From a virus: 64,000 bases of DNA. This document shows, piece after piece, positions 36,154-46,475 of this stretch; position 1 is the stretch's first letter; every line of letters starts with the position of its first letter. The notes under the pieces are model-generated. The model saw only the letters and a list, made by a program, of their open reading frames with translations. It did no database searches and was not told where the DNA came from. The position numbers were made by a program, and so were the translations under genes. Location: the IMG/VR virus record IMGVR_UViG_3300044858_003398; one strand, given 5' to 3'.

Positions 36154-38514
36154 ATGTCTGAGTTGTTAGTTCGCAAGCGTAATGGGAAGACTGAGTCTTT
36201 TGATGTAAATAAAATTAATATCTTCCTTGAAAGGTGTTGCGAAGGGGTCAGAAATGTTTCAGCTTCTGAGATAGCTATAGACGCTCAGATTACATTCAGG
36301 GATAAGATTCCAACATCAGAGATCGACCAAGCCCTTGAGCTTACTGCGAGAGCCAAGATTTGGAAACACCCAAATTATGGCAAAGTTGCTTCCCGAATCA
36401 TAATGTCCTGCCTGTATAAAGAAATTATTGGCGAATCAGTAGACCATGATACGTTTGAAGCAGACTATCGATCTAAGTTCATCAAGAATATTAAACGTGG
36501 CGTAAAGTCTGGCATTATTGACAAGAGAATGCTGGCATACGACTTGAAATTTTTGGCTGATTGTTTAGTAATCTCTAGAGATGATGAGATTGATTACATT
36601 GGCATTAAGAATTTGGCCGACAGGTATTTTCTTAAGGATACTAGCGGGAAGCTATTGGAGACTCCACAGGCTTTCTATATGCGAATCGCTATGGGTCTGT
36701 GCCTTAATGATCCTACTATGGTACTAGACTTCTACAATATGTATTCACAGCATTTGGCTAGCCCCTCCACGCCGACGCTGTTCAATAGCGGCACTACGCA
36801 CCCGCAGCTAAGCTCTTGCTATTTATCTATGATTGAAGATAGTGTAGATGGGATCTTCGATGGTCTCTGGCAAGAGGCCAGAAAGTCAAAATATGCTGGT
36901 GGGCTCGGATTCCATATGGGAGGAATTAGATCGACCAACTCTAAAATAGTTGGCACTAATGGTAAAAGCTCAGGACTTATCCCTTGGATGAAGATCTACA
37001 ACGACATGCTCGTCGCTGTAAACCAAGGAGGAAAGAGACCCGGATCTGGTTGTGCATATATAGAGCCTTGGCATAAGGACGTCTACGAGTTTGTAGATGT
37101 TCGGAAGAATACTGGCGACGATCGAATTAGGTGTCGTGATCTACAAATAGCTCTATGGATTCCTGATCTATTTATGGAACGAGTTGAAGCCGATGCAGAT
37201 TGGACCTTATTTTGCCCCAGAGACTGCCCAGAACTTAATGAGACATACGGTAGTGAATTTCGTGCTCACTATGAGAAATACGAAACTACCAACCTCGGTA
37301 AAAAGGTAAGGGCTAAAGATCTATGGAAGCATATCTTGCGTGCGTTATTTGAAACTAGCCATCCGTGGATATGCTTTAAAGATAGATCAAATGAACGATA
37401 TACTAATAAGCATATGGGCATTGTTCATGGCAGTAATTTATGCACCGAGATTATACTACGCAACAAAGCCCCTAAGTATAAAGATGGTGTAAAGACAGAG
37501 CATGGTTTAACTGCAGTATGTACTCTGGCCTCTATCTGTCTACCTAACCATATGGAGTTGGTTGATGAGGTTTGGATGATAGACTATCCACAGCTTCAAG
37601 ACACTGTAGAAAAACTCATTAGGTCTCTAGATAATGTTATCGATATTAACTTCTACCCAACAGAGGAAGCGAGGATTGGTGCTACCGCTGATCGTCCACT
37701 CGGGATGGGCACAATTGGGTGGGTTAATGTGTTAGCTAGGCTAGGTATAGCGGCAGACTCTGAAGAGGCTGTACAAGTTGCCTCAGAATTGACAGAGTTC
37801 ATCTCCTATCATGCGATTCTTACCAGTCATAAGCTTTCTCAGGATAGAGGTAGTTATCCGACCTTTAGCGGCTCCTTATGGAGTAATGGGGTCCTACCTA
37901 TAGATTCGGCCAAAGATCAAATGGCCCATCTTGGCATTAAAGCAAAATTTGATTGGGAGCCCCTTAGGGAACTAGTCTCTAAAGGTATGAGAAATTCTAA
38001 CCTGTTAGCGATCGCTCCTAACGCTTCCATCGCATATATATTAGGGTTTTCTCAATCGGTAGAACCCAACCTATCAATAGCTTATGCCTATGAAAATTTG
38101 AGCAGCATAACGTGGTTAGTAGATAAGGACTTTGTAGCAGAAATGGAGAGGGAGGGCTTGTGGTCTACTGAATTCGCAGATAAGTGCAGATTCATCGACG
38201 GGGACACCTCTCTTTTACCGATCTCTGATAAACAAAAGGCTATCTATAAAGGTGCCTTCAAAATGAATCAGTTCGGACTTATCAAAACCAATGCTGCCAG
38301 ACAGGTGTGGATAGATCAGGCGATCTCATTCAATCTTTATAACGCAGGAACCTCCATCAAGCATATTAATGATATGTATTTTGCCGCTTGGAAAGATGGA
38401 TTAAAGACCACTTACTACCTAAGGAACGTCAGAGCTAATAAGGCAGAACAGATTGAATCTGAGCAAAAGACCTGCTCTATCTCTGACCCAACATGTGAAA
38501 GTTGTCATGGCTAA
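36154..38514 (+). CDS. nrdA: ribonucleotide reductase class I alpha subunit with ATP cone
   Basis: VRKRNG ATP cone, TPTLFN, SSCYL, NLCTEI, VCTLAS, KTTYYLR, C-terminal Cys pair. Confidence 0.95.
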   Translation: MSELLVRKRNGKTESFDVNKINIFLERCCEGVRNVSASEIAIDAQITFRDKIPTSEIDQALELTARAKIWKHPNYGKVASRIIMSCLYKEIIGESVDHDTFEADYRSKFIKNIKRGVKSGIIDKRMLAYDLKFLADCLVISRDDEIDYIGIKNLADRYFLKDTSGKLLETPQAFYMRIAMGLCLNDPTMVLDFYNMYSQHLASPSTPTLFNSGTTHPQLSSCYLSMIEDSVDGIFDGLWQEARKSKYAGGLGFHMGGIRSTNSKIVGTNGKSSGLIPWMKIYNDMLVAVNQGGKRPGSGCAYIEPWHKDVYEFVDVRKNTGDDRIRCRDLQIALWIPDLFMERVEADADWTLFCPRDCPELNETYGSEFRAHYEKYETTNLGKKVRAKDLWKHILRALFETSHPWICFKDRSNERYTNKHMGIVHGSNLCTEIILRNKAPKYKDGVKTEHGLTAVCTLASICLPNHMELVDEVWMIDYPQLQDTVEKLIRSLDNVIDINFYPTEEARIGATADRPLGMGTIGWVNVLARLGIAADSEEAVQVASELTEFISYHAILTSHKLSQDRGSYPTFSGSLWSNGVLPIDSAKDQMAHLGIKAKFDWEPLRELVSKGMRNSNLLAIAPNASIAYILGFSQSVEPNLSIAYAYENLSSITWLVDKDFVAEMEREGLWSTEFADKCRFIDGDTSLLPISDKQKAIYKGAFKMNQFGLIKTNAARQVWIDQAISFNLYNAGTSIKHINDMYFAAWKDGLKTTYYLRNVRANKAEQIESEQKTCSISDPTCESCHG

Positions 38515-39508
38515 GTTGTTAGATCAAACAGTGGATCATGGTGTTAGTCAAATAATTCAATCTGGGAATCAATGGGCATGGGATCTTTATAAGAAGAGCC
38601 TGAATGCTCACTGGAGCCCATTTGAAGCCCCTATGAGTGAGGATATTAAACAATGGAAAGATGGGTTCATCTCTGATGATGAAAAATTATTAGTAAAAAG
38701 AATATTAGGCCTCTTTTCTGCTGGAGAGAGCTTAGTGTCAAATTCTATCTTCTCTGTCGAGCGGAAGTATTTGACCGATGGCTGCGTTCGACAGTATTTA
38801 GGAAAGAAAGATTTTGAAGAGCAGCTTCACAATGCCACAGTCGCTGTATGTTGTGAGAGCTATGGTTTCGACGTAAAGGAAGTGGCGGAAGCATACAAGA
38901 GCATTCCAAGTGTCAAGAAGAAAACCAGATTCCTAAAAGAGTCGCTAGACTCATTTGATAAAGATTTTGATATCTCAACAATTGAGGGGAAGACTACTTT
39001 TGTAAGAAACCTATATGTCGTATATATGCTTATGGAGGGCGTGTGGTTCTTTTCTGCATTCTGTGCGATCATGTCTCTTGGTAGACAAAAGAAGCTTCCC
39101 GGCTTGTATTTTCAGATTGATTATACAATTGCTGACGAGACTCGCCATGTAGAGTTTGGGGCCAGAATTATCAACCAGATAAAAGAAGAATATCCTAAGA
39201 TCTGGACAAAAGAACTTAGAGAAGATCTAACTCTCCTGACAGAAGAGGCCATATCTTTAGAAATAGACTTTGTCAAAGATGCCCTCCCTAATGGCCTCCT
39301 TGGTATAAACTCTTATTCGCATGAGCTTTATGCTAAGTTTTTAGCGAGTCGAAGAATGTCTTCGGTAGGACTTGCCCCGCTCTATTCAGAGGTAACAAAT
39401 CCATATGGGTGGATCTCTGAAACGCAGGGGGCGTCTGTCTTAACAAACTTCTTTGAAGCAACGGTCAGGGATTATCAGAGTGCGTCTGCACTAGATGACG
39501 ATTTTTAA
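38507..39508 (+). CDS. nrdB: ribonucleotide reductase beta subunit, class Ic (R2c)-like
   Basis: AGESLV (Glu ligand), EEQLHNATV (no radical Tyr), EGVWF, DETRH, NFFE..VRDY. Confidence 0.88.
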   Translation: MAKLLDQTVDHGVSQIIQSGNQWAWDLYKKSLNAHWSPFEAPMSEDIKQWKDGFISDDEKLLVKRILGLFSAGESLVSNSIFSVERKYLTDGCVRQYLGKKDFEEQLHNATVAVCCESYGFDVKEVAEAYKSIPSVKKKTRFLKESLDSFDKDFDISTIEGKTTFVRNLYVVYMLMEGVWFFSAFCAIMSLGRQKKLPGLYFQIDYTIADETRHVEFGARIINQIKEEYPKIWTKELREDLTLLTEEAISLEIDFVKDALPNGLLGINSYSHELYAKFLASRRMSSVGLAPLYSEVTNPYGWISETQGASVLTNFFEATVRDYQSASALDDDF

Positions 39509-39517
39509 GGGGAAGTT

Positions 39518-39847
39518 ATGATCACAGATCATATTAATGATGAACAGCTTTTAGAGATTCTACTAGAGAATCAGTCTATACAAGACTATCGGATGGAAGG
39601 TCTAAGTGGAGAACTAATAACTCTCTACTGTATGAATAGGGTCGGAGTCGACTCTCCATTCAGTGTAGTATACGAAGAAATCTGTAGTCTCATAAATGGG
39701 TATATCACTTCAAAATTAGTAGAGGATGGCTTGATAGAGCCAGAATTTACTGAGAATGGAATAGAGTATACCTGTACTACAGAAGGTCTTAAGCTTTCAG
39801 AAATGTACGCCAAACTAAGGGGTTCAGATGACACGTCGAAGAGCTAA
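39518..39847 (+). CDS. hypothetical protein (possible winged helix)
   Basis: LVEDGLIE...Y..T.EG pattern. Confidence 0.5.
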   Translation: MITDHINDEQLLEILLENQSIQDYRMEGLSGELITLYCMNRVGVDSPFSVVYEEICSLINGYITSKLVEDGLIEPEFTENGIEYTCTTEGLKLSEMYAKLRGSDDTSKS

Positions 39848-40541
39848 AGCCGAAGAGAATACTCCATACTCCCCATGTCCTAGGTATAGGCTGATTAAGC
39901 CAAAGACTCTCAACCAAAGAGATTATGTTTCTTCGATCGTGGATAATGATGTTACAATTTGTTCTGGTCCGAGCGGGTCGGGGAAATCATTGGTAGCTCT
40001 CTCCACTGCTATCTCCCACATGTCTAATCCCAACATGCCGCATAGTAAGATCTATGTCACTAGGCCAATGATCTCAACATCCACTAAAGACTTCCCTTGG
40101 ATCAAAGGGAGTCTGATCGACAAATTACGCCCATGGTTCGCCCCAATTTTGGCAAACCTTGAAGAGCTTGTAGGGTCAAAAACTGAGCTTGAAAAGCTCC
40201 TAGAGTCTGAGACTATCTGTCTACAAGCCATCGAGCTAATGAGAGGGTTCACCTATAAGAACTGCTTCGTTCTTATCACTGAAGCCCAAAATATGACCGT
40301 GCCTCAGGCCGTCATGGCTATCACAAGAATTGGGGAAAATTGCAAGATGGTCTTTGAGGGCGACACGGACCAGAAAGACTTGCGTGGGGAAGAAGATGGG
40401 CTATCATACCTAAAGAGGAAGCTCATTAGCCGCAGCGACTTGTGCGGCATGGTAAGTTTAGACTCTTCCGACATCTTACGCCATCCTCTCATTGGCCAAA
40501 TTCTAGAACAGCTTGACTATAGAGGTTTGGGCTCTTATTAG
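39828..40541 (+). CDS. phoH: PhoH family ATPase
   Basis: PKTLNQ, GPSGSGKS, TRP, MRG.T, EAQN, TRIG, GD..Q, RHPLI. Confidence 0.92.
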   Translation: MTRRRAKAEENTPYSPCPRYRLIKPKTLNQRDYVSSIVDNDVTICSGPSGSGKSLVALSTAISHMSNPNMPHSKIYVTRPMISTSTKDFPWIKGSLIDKLRPWFAPILANLEELVGSKTELEKLLESETICLQAIELMRGFTYKNCFVLITEAQNMTVPQAVMAITRIGENCKMVFEGDTDQKDLRGEEDGLSYLKRKLISRSDLCGMVSLDSSDILRHPLIGQILEQLDYRGLGSY

Positions 40542-40549
40542 GAGCTACA

Positions 40550-40762
40550 ATGATATTCAGACTTTTTCAGGATGGGAATCCTATAATTACTAGATCGAAT
40601 AAGGACAACATATACATGTCACTAAAGAATGCAAAAATTGCCCTTAAGAACTATCTGTCGTATGTCAACAAAAAGGTGCCGCAGAAGAATCTACAGATAA
40701 AAGCAGAGAACTGCCAAATCATAGGATTTGATCTAGTAGAAAAATCTAGGTATCCACTATGA
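40550..40762 (+). CDS. hypothetical protein
   Basis: GGAG SD, 70 aa. Confidence 0.5.
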   Translation: MIFRLFQDGNPIITRSNKDNIYMSLKNAKIALKNYLSYVNKKVPQKNLQIKAENCQIIGFDLVEKSRYPL

Positions 40763-41091
40763 GATTCATAGTACTGTTCATATGTTTAGTCTGTGTGTAT
40801 GATATTTATCTAACAGTAAAGCATGCTGATAGTATGCATTTATTTGAGAGAAATATGATAGCCAGAATGCTCATATACAAAGAAGACTCACCAGTTCCGC
40901 CACGAACTATTACGTGCCAACAAGATCCGACTATAGATGTGTCTAGGTTGGTCGCATTTAAGTGCCTCGGGCTATTGGCGGCTGCTGACATCCTAGAATG
41001 GATGGTCAAGAAGAACACTAGATGGAGTCGTTTGGTCATCTGGATTATGGCAGCGATTCAAACATGGCTTCTCTTTTACTTGGTGTACTAA
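40759..41091 (+). CDS. membrane protein
   Basis: Three hydrophobic segments, YD.YLT..E.N. Confidence 0.55.
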   Translation: MRFIVLFICLVCVYDIYLTVKHADSMHLFERNMIARMLIYKEDSPVPPRTITCQQDPTIDVSRLVAFKCLGLLAAADILEWMVKKNTRWSRLVIWIMAAIQTWLLFYLVY

Positions 41092-41092
41092 A

Positions 41093-41410
41093 ATGCCGCA
41101 GTACGAATATGCATGCTCTGCATGCCAACATCAGTTTGAAACCTATCAGGGGGTAAAAGACCCGGCAAAAAAGAAGTGTCCTCAGTGTAAGAAGATGGGG
41201 CTGCAGCGGCTAATCTTTCCCGCTATGGGCCAAGTCAAGTCCATCAAAACATTAGGCCAGCTAGCCGAGAAGAACACCAAGAAGGCTGGGTCTTCTCTAC
41301 AGTCCGCAGAGGAAGATAGAAAGATCGCAGCAAAAGCGAAGCTTAAAGAGATCAACCAGATTAACAACATGACCGAAAAACAGAAAATCAAATTCATAGA
41401 AGGTAAGTAA
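41093..41410 (+). CDS. FmdB-family zinc ribbon protein
   Basis: MPQYEYACSAC...CPQC...RLI. Confidence 0.85.
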   Translation: MPQYEYACSACQHQFETYQGVKDPAKKKCPQCKKMGLQRLIFPAMGQVKSIKTLGQLAEKNTKKAGSSLQSAEEDRKIAAKAKLKEINQINNMTEKQKIKFIEGK

Positions 41411-41721
41411 TGACACAGTTCATCAGCGATCCATCCCAAATCAACAAGACGGTTGTCGTGACTAAGTGTTTCGGCCAAGCCGGAAAAGAATGTACCCACG
41501 AAAAGGCCATTCTTATATCTGTAACGTCGGATGGAAGAAGTACTTATAAGGCCCTAGTACATAATGGGTCTCTCTACGATCCAACCTCGATTAAGTTTCC
41601 ACGAGAGAGACTTTATCAGAATGTGACCAAGGCGTGTTTCGACAAGTTCCTACTAGCTCTAACCTCAGGCGATTATCAAGATTATGAAAAAGCAACCCGC
41701 GAATACCGAAAGTCTCAATAA
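41410..41721 (+). CDS. hypothetical protein
   Basis: Coupled ORF, LYDP motif. Confidence 0.55.
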   Translation: MTQFISDPSQINKTVVVTKCFGQAGKECTHEKAILISVTSDGRSTYKALVHNGSLYDPTSIKFPRERLYQNVTKACFDKFLLALTSGDYQDYEKATREYRKSQ

Positions 41722-42052
41722 GATTCAAAAGTTTTACATTGCCCATCATAAGTCGCGAGATATCAAGACTTTGGCTAGTGATGTTGGATCGACTGTGAAG
41801 CTTGTAAGGGCCTTCCTCAAGTCCCTTGAGAAGAGGGAGGCTAAAAAGATAGCAGACGCCGAAAAAGCCGAAGCTAATAAGCCACCAGATCCGGGTATCA
41901 GACCCGTCAAGATCGACGACCTGATGATGAAGAATAAGAAGCGTGGTGCTGTCGTGATGACCCAAGCAGCTTCTGAAATGGGTGATGCTACTCGGACTAC
42001 TCGAATGTCTCCTAGATTGTCTCAAAATGTCCAAAAGATACGACCAGAGTGA
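41684..42052 (+). CDS. hypothetical protein (N-terminal HTH-like)
   Basis: KFYI..LA.DVG; GAVVMTQAASEMGD. Confidence 0.55.
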   Translation: MKKQPANTESLNKIQKFYIAHHKSRDIKTLASDVGSTVKLVRAFLKSLEKREAKKIADAEKAEANKPPDPGIRPVKIDDLMMKNKKRGAVVMTQAASEMGDATRTTRMSPRLSQNVQKIRPE

Positions 42053-42434
42053 TCTAAGACCATTCCCCTCAATGTACAAAGAGGGAAATGTCACAGTCGA
42101 TAATTATATAGCAGAGATGCTATTCAAGAGGAGAGCCGAATTTAGCAAGTCGGCTCTTCCTCAGTCTTTCTGGAACAATCCTAAATTCAAAAAGGATTAC
42201 CAGCTTGAGATAATGCGAATAAACAAGCTCCTTGAGAGGGTTTGCTCGTCATGTATCCTCAAAGCTTTTAAGCAGACCAACGCTTGCTCAGTTAAGAATC
42301 CGCAGTTGGTCGCTCTAGCCGAGAAATTTCAGCAAGAGATGGAAGATAGTCAGAAGATTATCGAGAAGTCGGTAGAAGAAGTGAAGGTTCCCACCAAACC
42401 ATTTGGCAAAATAAATAGATTGAGTGAGCTATGA
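42027..42434 (+). CDS. hypothetical protein
   Basis: YIAEML, LP..FWN blocks. Confidence 0.55.
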   Translation: MSKRYDQSDLRPFPSMYKEGNVTVDNYIAEMLFKRRAEFSKSALPQSFWNNPKFKKDYQLEIMRINKLLERVCSSCILKAFKQTNACSVKNPQLVALAEKFQQEMEDSQKIIEKSVEEVKVPTKPFGKINRLSEL

Positions 42435-42667
42435 GCGTTACACAAGAAGATATCTTCAAGCTACTATTAGAGAACTCCAAGAATGGGCAAGCTCAAATAA
42501 GCAGAGTTGATGTTGACACTAGTGTTTTTGCTGATATATGTGGAGACCATAAAGGAAATCTATTCTCTACTCCGTTTAGATATGACGAAATAAATCTAAA
42601 TATCTCGTTCAAGATGAAGAGAAAAGCGTTTATAGAGGTTAATGAGTTACTTTCTAGGGTAATGTAG
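42431..42667 (+). CDS. hypothetical protein
   Basis: Coupled ORF. Confidence 0.45.
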   Translation: MSVTQEDIFKLLLENSKNGQAQISRVDVDTSVFADICGDHKGNLFSTPFRYDEINLNISFKMKRKAFIEVNELLSRVM

Positions 42668-42671
42668 TAAT

Positions 42672-43715
42672 ATGGCAAAAAAAGCAAAGAATGAGACAGT
42701 TGATGTTGGTGACGTTGGGATGGCCGCAATCAAGAAGAAGTATGGAGATATTATCCGTAGTGGTTCTGACATTTTTGACGAGAAGTCAAACAAGCAATGC
42801 ATCAGTATCAGCCCAGCTTATGACCTAGGGCTAAATGGTGGTATCCTAGAAGGTAGCTGGACAGTTATCTCTGGAGTTCCCAAGTGTGGCAAATCTTCTC
42901 TGTGTCTGCAACTTATTGCGAATGCTCAGGCACAAGGCCGGAGGGGTATTTATGCCGACGCGGAAAGTCGTATCAAGCAATACAATTTGGCGGGTATCCA
43001 TAACCTAGATAAGAAAGAGATCGAGGTTATCAGCGGTAAAGAAGAAGATCTTTCTGCCGAAGATATGCTGAATACAGTCAATGCTATGATCCGACTCCCT
43101 AAGAATAGAGGGGCTGTATGCGTAATTGATTCTACATCATCTCTCTTACCAAGAGACGAGATGGATGCCGAAGTATCCTCTAAGCTTCGAGCACAGCTCC
43201 CTAAGATGCTTTCCCACTGGGTCAAGCAGAATGCTCAGGTTGTCGTCAGGAATGACATCCTAATGGTTCTTATCACCCACTACATTACTAACACGAGTGG
43301 GTATGGTAAGCATAAAGTGGCAGACTGTGGAGTTATGGTCCAATATCAGGCCGACAACAGACTTGACTTTACCCATGTAGAACCATGGGAAGAGAACGGT
43401 AAAAAGATAGGCCAGAAGACCACTTGTGATATCAGTTGTTCCGCTATGGGTGCGAGTGGGAATACTGTCACCTCGTACCTTAGATTTGGCCATGGAATTG
43501 ACTGCACTAAAGAGTTCATCGAACTCGGCGAATCTTTCGGTCTGATCGAAAAGGCTGGAGCTTGGTTTACACTTCCATATCTGGCTGAGCATCCCGATTT
43601 AGCTTCAGTAGCCGAGCAGAAGTTCCAAGGCCAACAAAAGGTCTATGACTTCATCTCTTCTACTCCATCAGCCAGTGAGTTCCTAAAGAAGGAGCTTGGA
43701 TCATTGCTCGCTTAG
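42672..43715 (+). CDS. recA: RecA/UvsX-like recombinase
   Basis: D.GLNGGI, GVPKCGKSS Walker A, DAE, VIDS, IEKAGAWF. Confidence 0.9.
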   Translation: MAKKAKNETVDVGDVGMAAIKKKYGDIIRSGSDIFDEKSNKQCISISPAYDLGLNGGILEGSWTVISGVPKCGKSSLCLQLIANAQAQGRRGIYADAESRIKQYNLAGIHNLDKKEIEVISGKEEDLSAEDMLNTVNAMIRLPKNRGAVCVIDSTSSLLPRDEMDAEVSSKLRAQLPKMLSHWVKQNAQVVVRNDILMVLITHYITNTSGYGKHKVADCGVMVQYQADNRLDFTHVEPWEENGKKIGQKTTCDISCSAMGASGNTVTSYLRFGHGIDCTKEFIELGESFGLIEKAGAWFTLPYLAEHPDLASVAEQKFQGQQKVYDFISSTPSASEFLKKELGSLLA

Positions 43716-43723
43716 TAATAGGA

Positions 43724-44110
43724 TTGGATGGGAAGCAGCACAAACTTATTCTCCAGTCCACCAAACGGAAGACAAGAGCTAAGTCAGCCCCTCACCAAAA
43801 GGCCCTTTCTCTTTTACTGGAGATCCTGCCCGGAGTTGTTATCTTCGAAGAAGTAACGCTACCGGGCTGTGGGCTTTATCTGGACATATTCCTACCATCC
43901 ATATCTCTTGCCATCGAAGTACATGGTAAGCAGCACTATGAATTTGTCCCATTCTTTCATAAGACCAAGGCCGACTTTCTCTTAGCTCGCAAAAGAGATC
44001 GAGATAAATTAGAGTGGTGCAATCTAAATGATGTTACTTTGGTGACTCTGCCACATGACGAGGAGGACAAATGGAAGAACTTGATAAGTTCAGCGATATC
44101 ACAGGGTTAA
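43724..44110 (+). CDS. PD-(D/E)XK / DUF559-like endonuclease
   Basis: EEV..P, LDIFLP, AIEVHGKQH, RDRDK.EWC. Confidence 0.75.
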   Translation: MDGKQHKLILQSTKRKTRAKSAPHQKALSLLLEILPGVVIFEEVTLPGCGLYLDIFLPSISLAIEVHGKQHYEFVPFFHKTKADFLLARKRDRDKLEWCNLNDVTLVTLPHDEEDKWKNLISSAISQG

Positions 44111-44559
44111 AAGAACTCACTTCATTTATAGATAGATACTGTCTTGAGTTTATGACTCCGGATTGTAGTTTTGATCCTGTCGTCCAGACTATTCTGGATA
44201 TGCCGCATGAGGATTTAATCTCTCTTTCCTCGGATGAAGCATATGCTGGGGCATTCAAGCTCCACTCCTATTGCATCTTTGTTCGTAAAGAGACAGACAA
44301 GTGTATCGCTAAGAAGAGCTGGTGCGAAGAGATACTCCATAACATTGTGGCCAGAAACTGGTCTAATCACTCCGAGTACATGAAATATGAAGTGAAAAGA
44401 CAGGCGATTATTGCTGAGGATACCTTTGCCGTGAAGGTAGAGAAAATGAGAATTTATCTTACTTCTGTTATTTGTCAGGCTGACCAGAAGTTAGATTCAG
44501 TAAAAAGAATGGCCGATATCCTCCAAGACATTGGAAAGAAGAGATCTTATGATAGATGA
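44071..44559 (+). CDS. hypothetical coiled-coil protein (possible recombination mediator)
   Basis: All-helical; lies between recA and the helicase. Confidence 0.5.
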   Translation: MEELDKFSDITGLKELTSFIDRYCLEFMTPDCSFDPVVQTILDMPHEDLISLSSDEAYAGAFKLHSYCIFVRKETDKCIAKKSWCEEILHNIVARNWSNHSEYMKYEVKRQAIIAEDTFAVKVEKMRIYLTSVICQADQKLDSVKRMADILQDIGKKRSYDR

Positions 44560-45040
44560 GCTAAAGCTTGCGATTGATAGAAAAGATTGGGGATTGGTTG
44601 TCGATTTTTATCGACGGCTAACCGGAACTCTGGAAGCCCCATCTCTCGAACCGAAGCAGAAACCCCCAGAAGTCAGCAGGAAAAGCGACCCAAATGACTT
44701 TACAATGCGGCCAGTCCAGACCAATCTCAAAAAGGCCACCAAGGCAGCGGCGAAGGTTGTCACTCCCAAAAAACCGAAGCGTGGCGGCAAAAAGAGCCCT
44801 GTAGTGGGTAAGCAGATTGAGTTCATCGACACTGGAGAAGCCCCAGACGAGCCGGGTGCGGATCAGATCAATGATAACGTTGCTTTGACCCCACGAAACC
44901 GTAAACCATTCAAGCCAATAATAATGGAGTGCGTTCGATGTAATCGTAAAGAGACTGTGGCCCCTCTCTTTAAAAGAGACAAAGATACATACAAGTGCAA
45001 TAGCTGCCTGTGTAAAGGGAAAATAAATGGACCTGAGTAA
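44549..45040 (+). CDS. hypothetical protein with C-terminal Zn ribbon
   Basis: CVRC...YKCNSC. Confidence 0.6.
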   Translation: MIDELKLAIDRKDWGLVVDFYRRLTGTLEAPSLEPKQKPPEVSRKSDPNDFTMRPVQTNLKKATKAAAKVVTPKKPKRGGKKSPVVGKQIEFIDTGEAPDEPGADQINDNVALTPRNRKPFKPIIMECVRCNRKETVAPLFKRDKDTYKCNSCLCKGKINGPE

Positions 45041-46475
45041 TGTGGCTAGCGAGAGGGCTGTTTTAGCTGGTATTTGCTCTCACGGGGTTGACTGCTATCT
45101 TGATACAGAGGCATTCTTAGAAGAGGCCACTTTTACCGTAGACTTTAACAAGGTGATGTACAAATGTATAAAGCACATCATCAATAAGTCTGACAGGGTT
45201 GACTTTGTGTCGCTTCTATCAGCCGCAACTGACCTATCTCTTGGGGATTATGTTAACAAACCAGATGTTCTGAAGCATTTCAATGGGGTCTTAGCGACTC
45301 CTGTGGACGTCTCAAGTGTTCTAGGACACGCCAAGAAGATCAGAAGACTACAGTTTGCCCGCCATCTTCAGGATACGATTAAGGAGTCCTACAAGAGCCT
45401 CAACGAGATATCTGGGGAAGAATCCCTATCTGATATCATCGCTGTAGTTGATACTCCACTCTCAAATGCCTCTACTTCTTACATGAAGAAAGATGAGAAT
45501 CGGCCAAAACTTCTCGGCGATGCTGGGATGGACTACTTTGACTATTTGATGTCCGACGAAATTAAGCAGATTGGCATTCCTAGTGGGTTCCCATCCTATG
45601 ATGATGCTATCGGCGGTGGGTTCCTTCGTAAGTGTGTTGACTTGGTCGGGGCAAGGACTAAAGGCGGGAAGAGTATCTTCTGTGAGAATGTGTCTCTGCA
45701 TGTGGCTGGTAAACTAAACATCCCTGTCTTAGTATTAGACACTGAAATGTCCGAGCTAGACCATATGAACAGGTCATGGGCAAACTTATCTGGGATTCCA
45801 ATCAATACAATTAAGAAGGGGGAGTTTAAAACTGATCCTCTGTCTATTGAGTCGGTCAAATCTGCGAGAGACTCCCTTAAGCAGATGCCATATCACTATA
45901 TTAATGTATCCGGCAAGGGATTCGACGAGATTCTATCTATTGCCAGAAGGTGGGTCCTTAAAGAAGTAGGATTTGAGCCGACTGGTAGAACTAAAGATTG
46001 CCTGATAATCTATGACTATTTCAAATTGATGGACTCCTCTGGTCTATCCGAAAACATAGCCGAATTTCAGGCCATGGGATTCCAAGCAACAAAATTGCAT
46101 AATTTCTGCGTAGAACATGACGTTCCCTGTCTCTCCTTCGTTCAGTTGAATAGGGACGGGATAGAGAAAGAATCAGCCGATGTAATCTCACAGTCGGATA
46201 GAATTGGCTGGCTTTGTACCTCATTCACTATTCTGAAACAGAAATCTGTTGACGAGATCGCAGATGACGGCCCCAAAAATGGCAATCGTAAGCTAGTACC
46301 AGTACTTTCAAGACATGGCCCCGGAATGACTGATGACGGTTATATCTGTCTCGAAATGAAGGGCGAATTAGCAAGGATGAGAGAAATTGGCACTGTTAGA
46401 CGACTTTCTAGAAGTAAAGAGTTCCCAGAAAGACCTCCAGAGTCTGAAGGCGAAGCTGAAGGCGAAGATACCTGA
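45027..46475 (+). CDS. dnaB: replicative DNA helicase
   Basis: ERAVL, GIPSGF, ARTKGGKS, DTEM, YDY, QLNR, SRHG. Confidence 0.92.
   Translation: MDLSNVASERAVLAGICSHGVDCYLDTEAFLEEATFTVDFNKVMYKCIKHIINKSDRVDFVSLLSAATDLSLGDYVNKPDVLKHFNGVLATPVDVSSVLGHAKKIRRLQFARHLQDTIKESYKSLNEISGEESLSDIIAVVDTPLSNASTSYMKKDENRPKLLGDAGMDYFDYLMSDEIKQIGIPSGFPSYDDAIGGGFLRKCVDLVGARTKGGKSIFCENVSLHVAGKLNIPVLVLDTEMSELDHMNRSWANLSGIPINTIKKGEFKTDPLSIESVKSARDSLKQMPYHYINVSGKGFDEILSIARRWVLKEVGFEPTGRTKDCLIIYDYFKLMDSSGLSENIAEFQAMGFQATKLHNFCVEHDVPCLSFVQLNRDGIEKESADVISQSDRIGWLCTSFTILKQKSVDEIADDGPKNGNRKLVPVLSRHGPGMTDDGYICLEMKGELARMREIGTVRRLSRSKEFPERPPESEGEAEGEDT

Noticed and set aside
46387-46475. Helicase-primase frameshift fusion
   Set aside because: An 89-nt overlap exists, but there is no slippery sequence and long overlaps are common in this window
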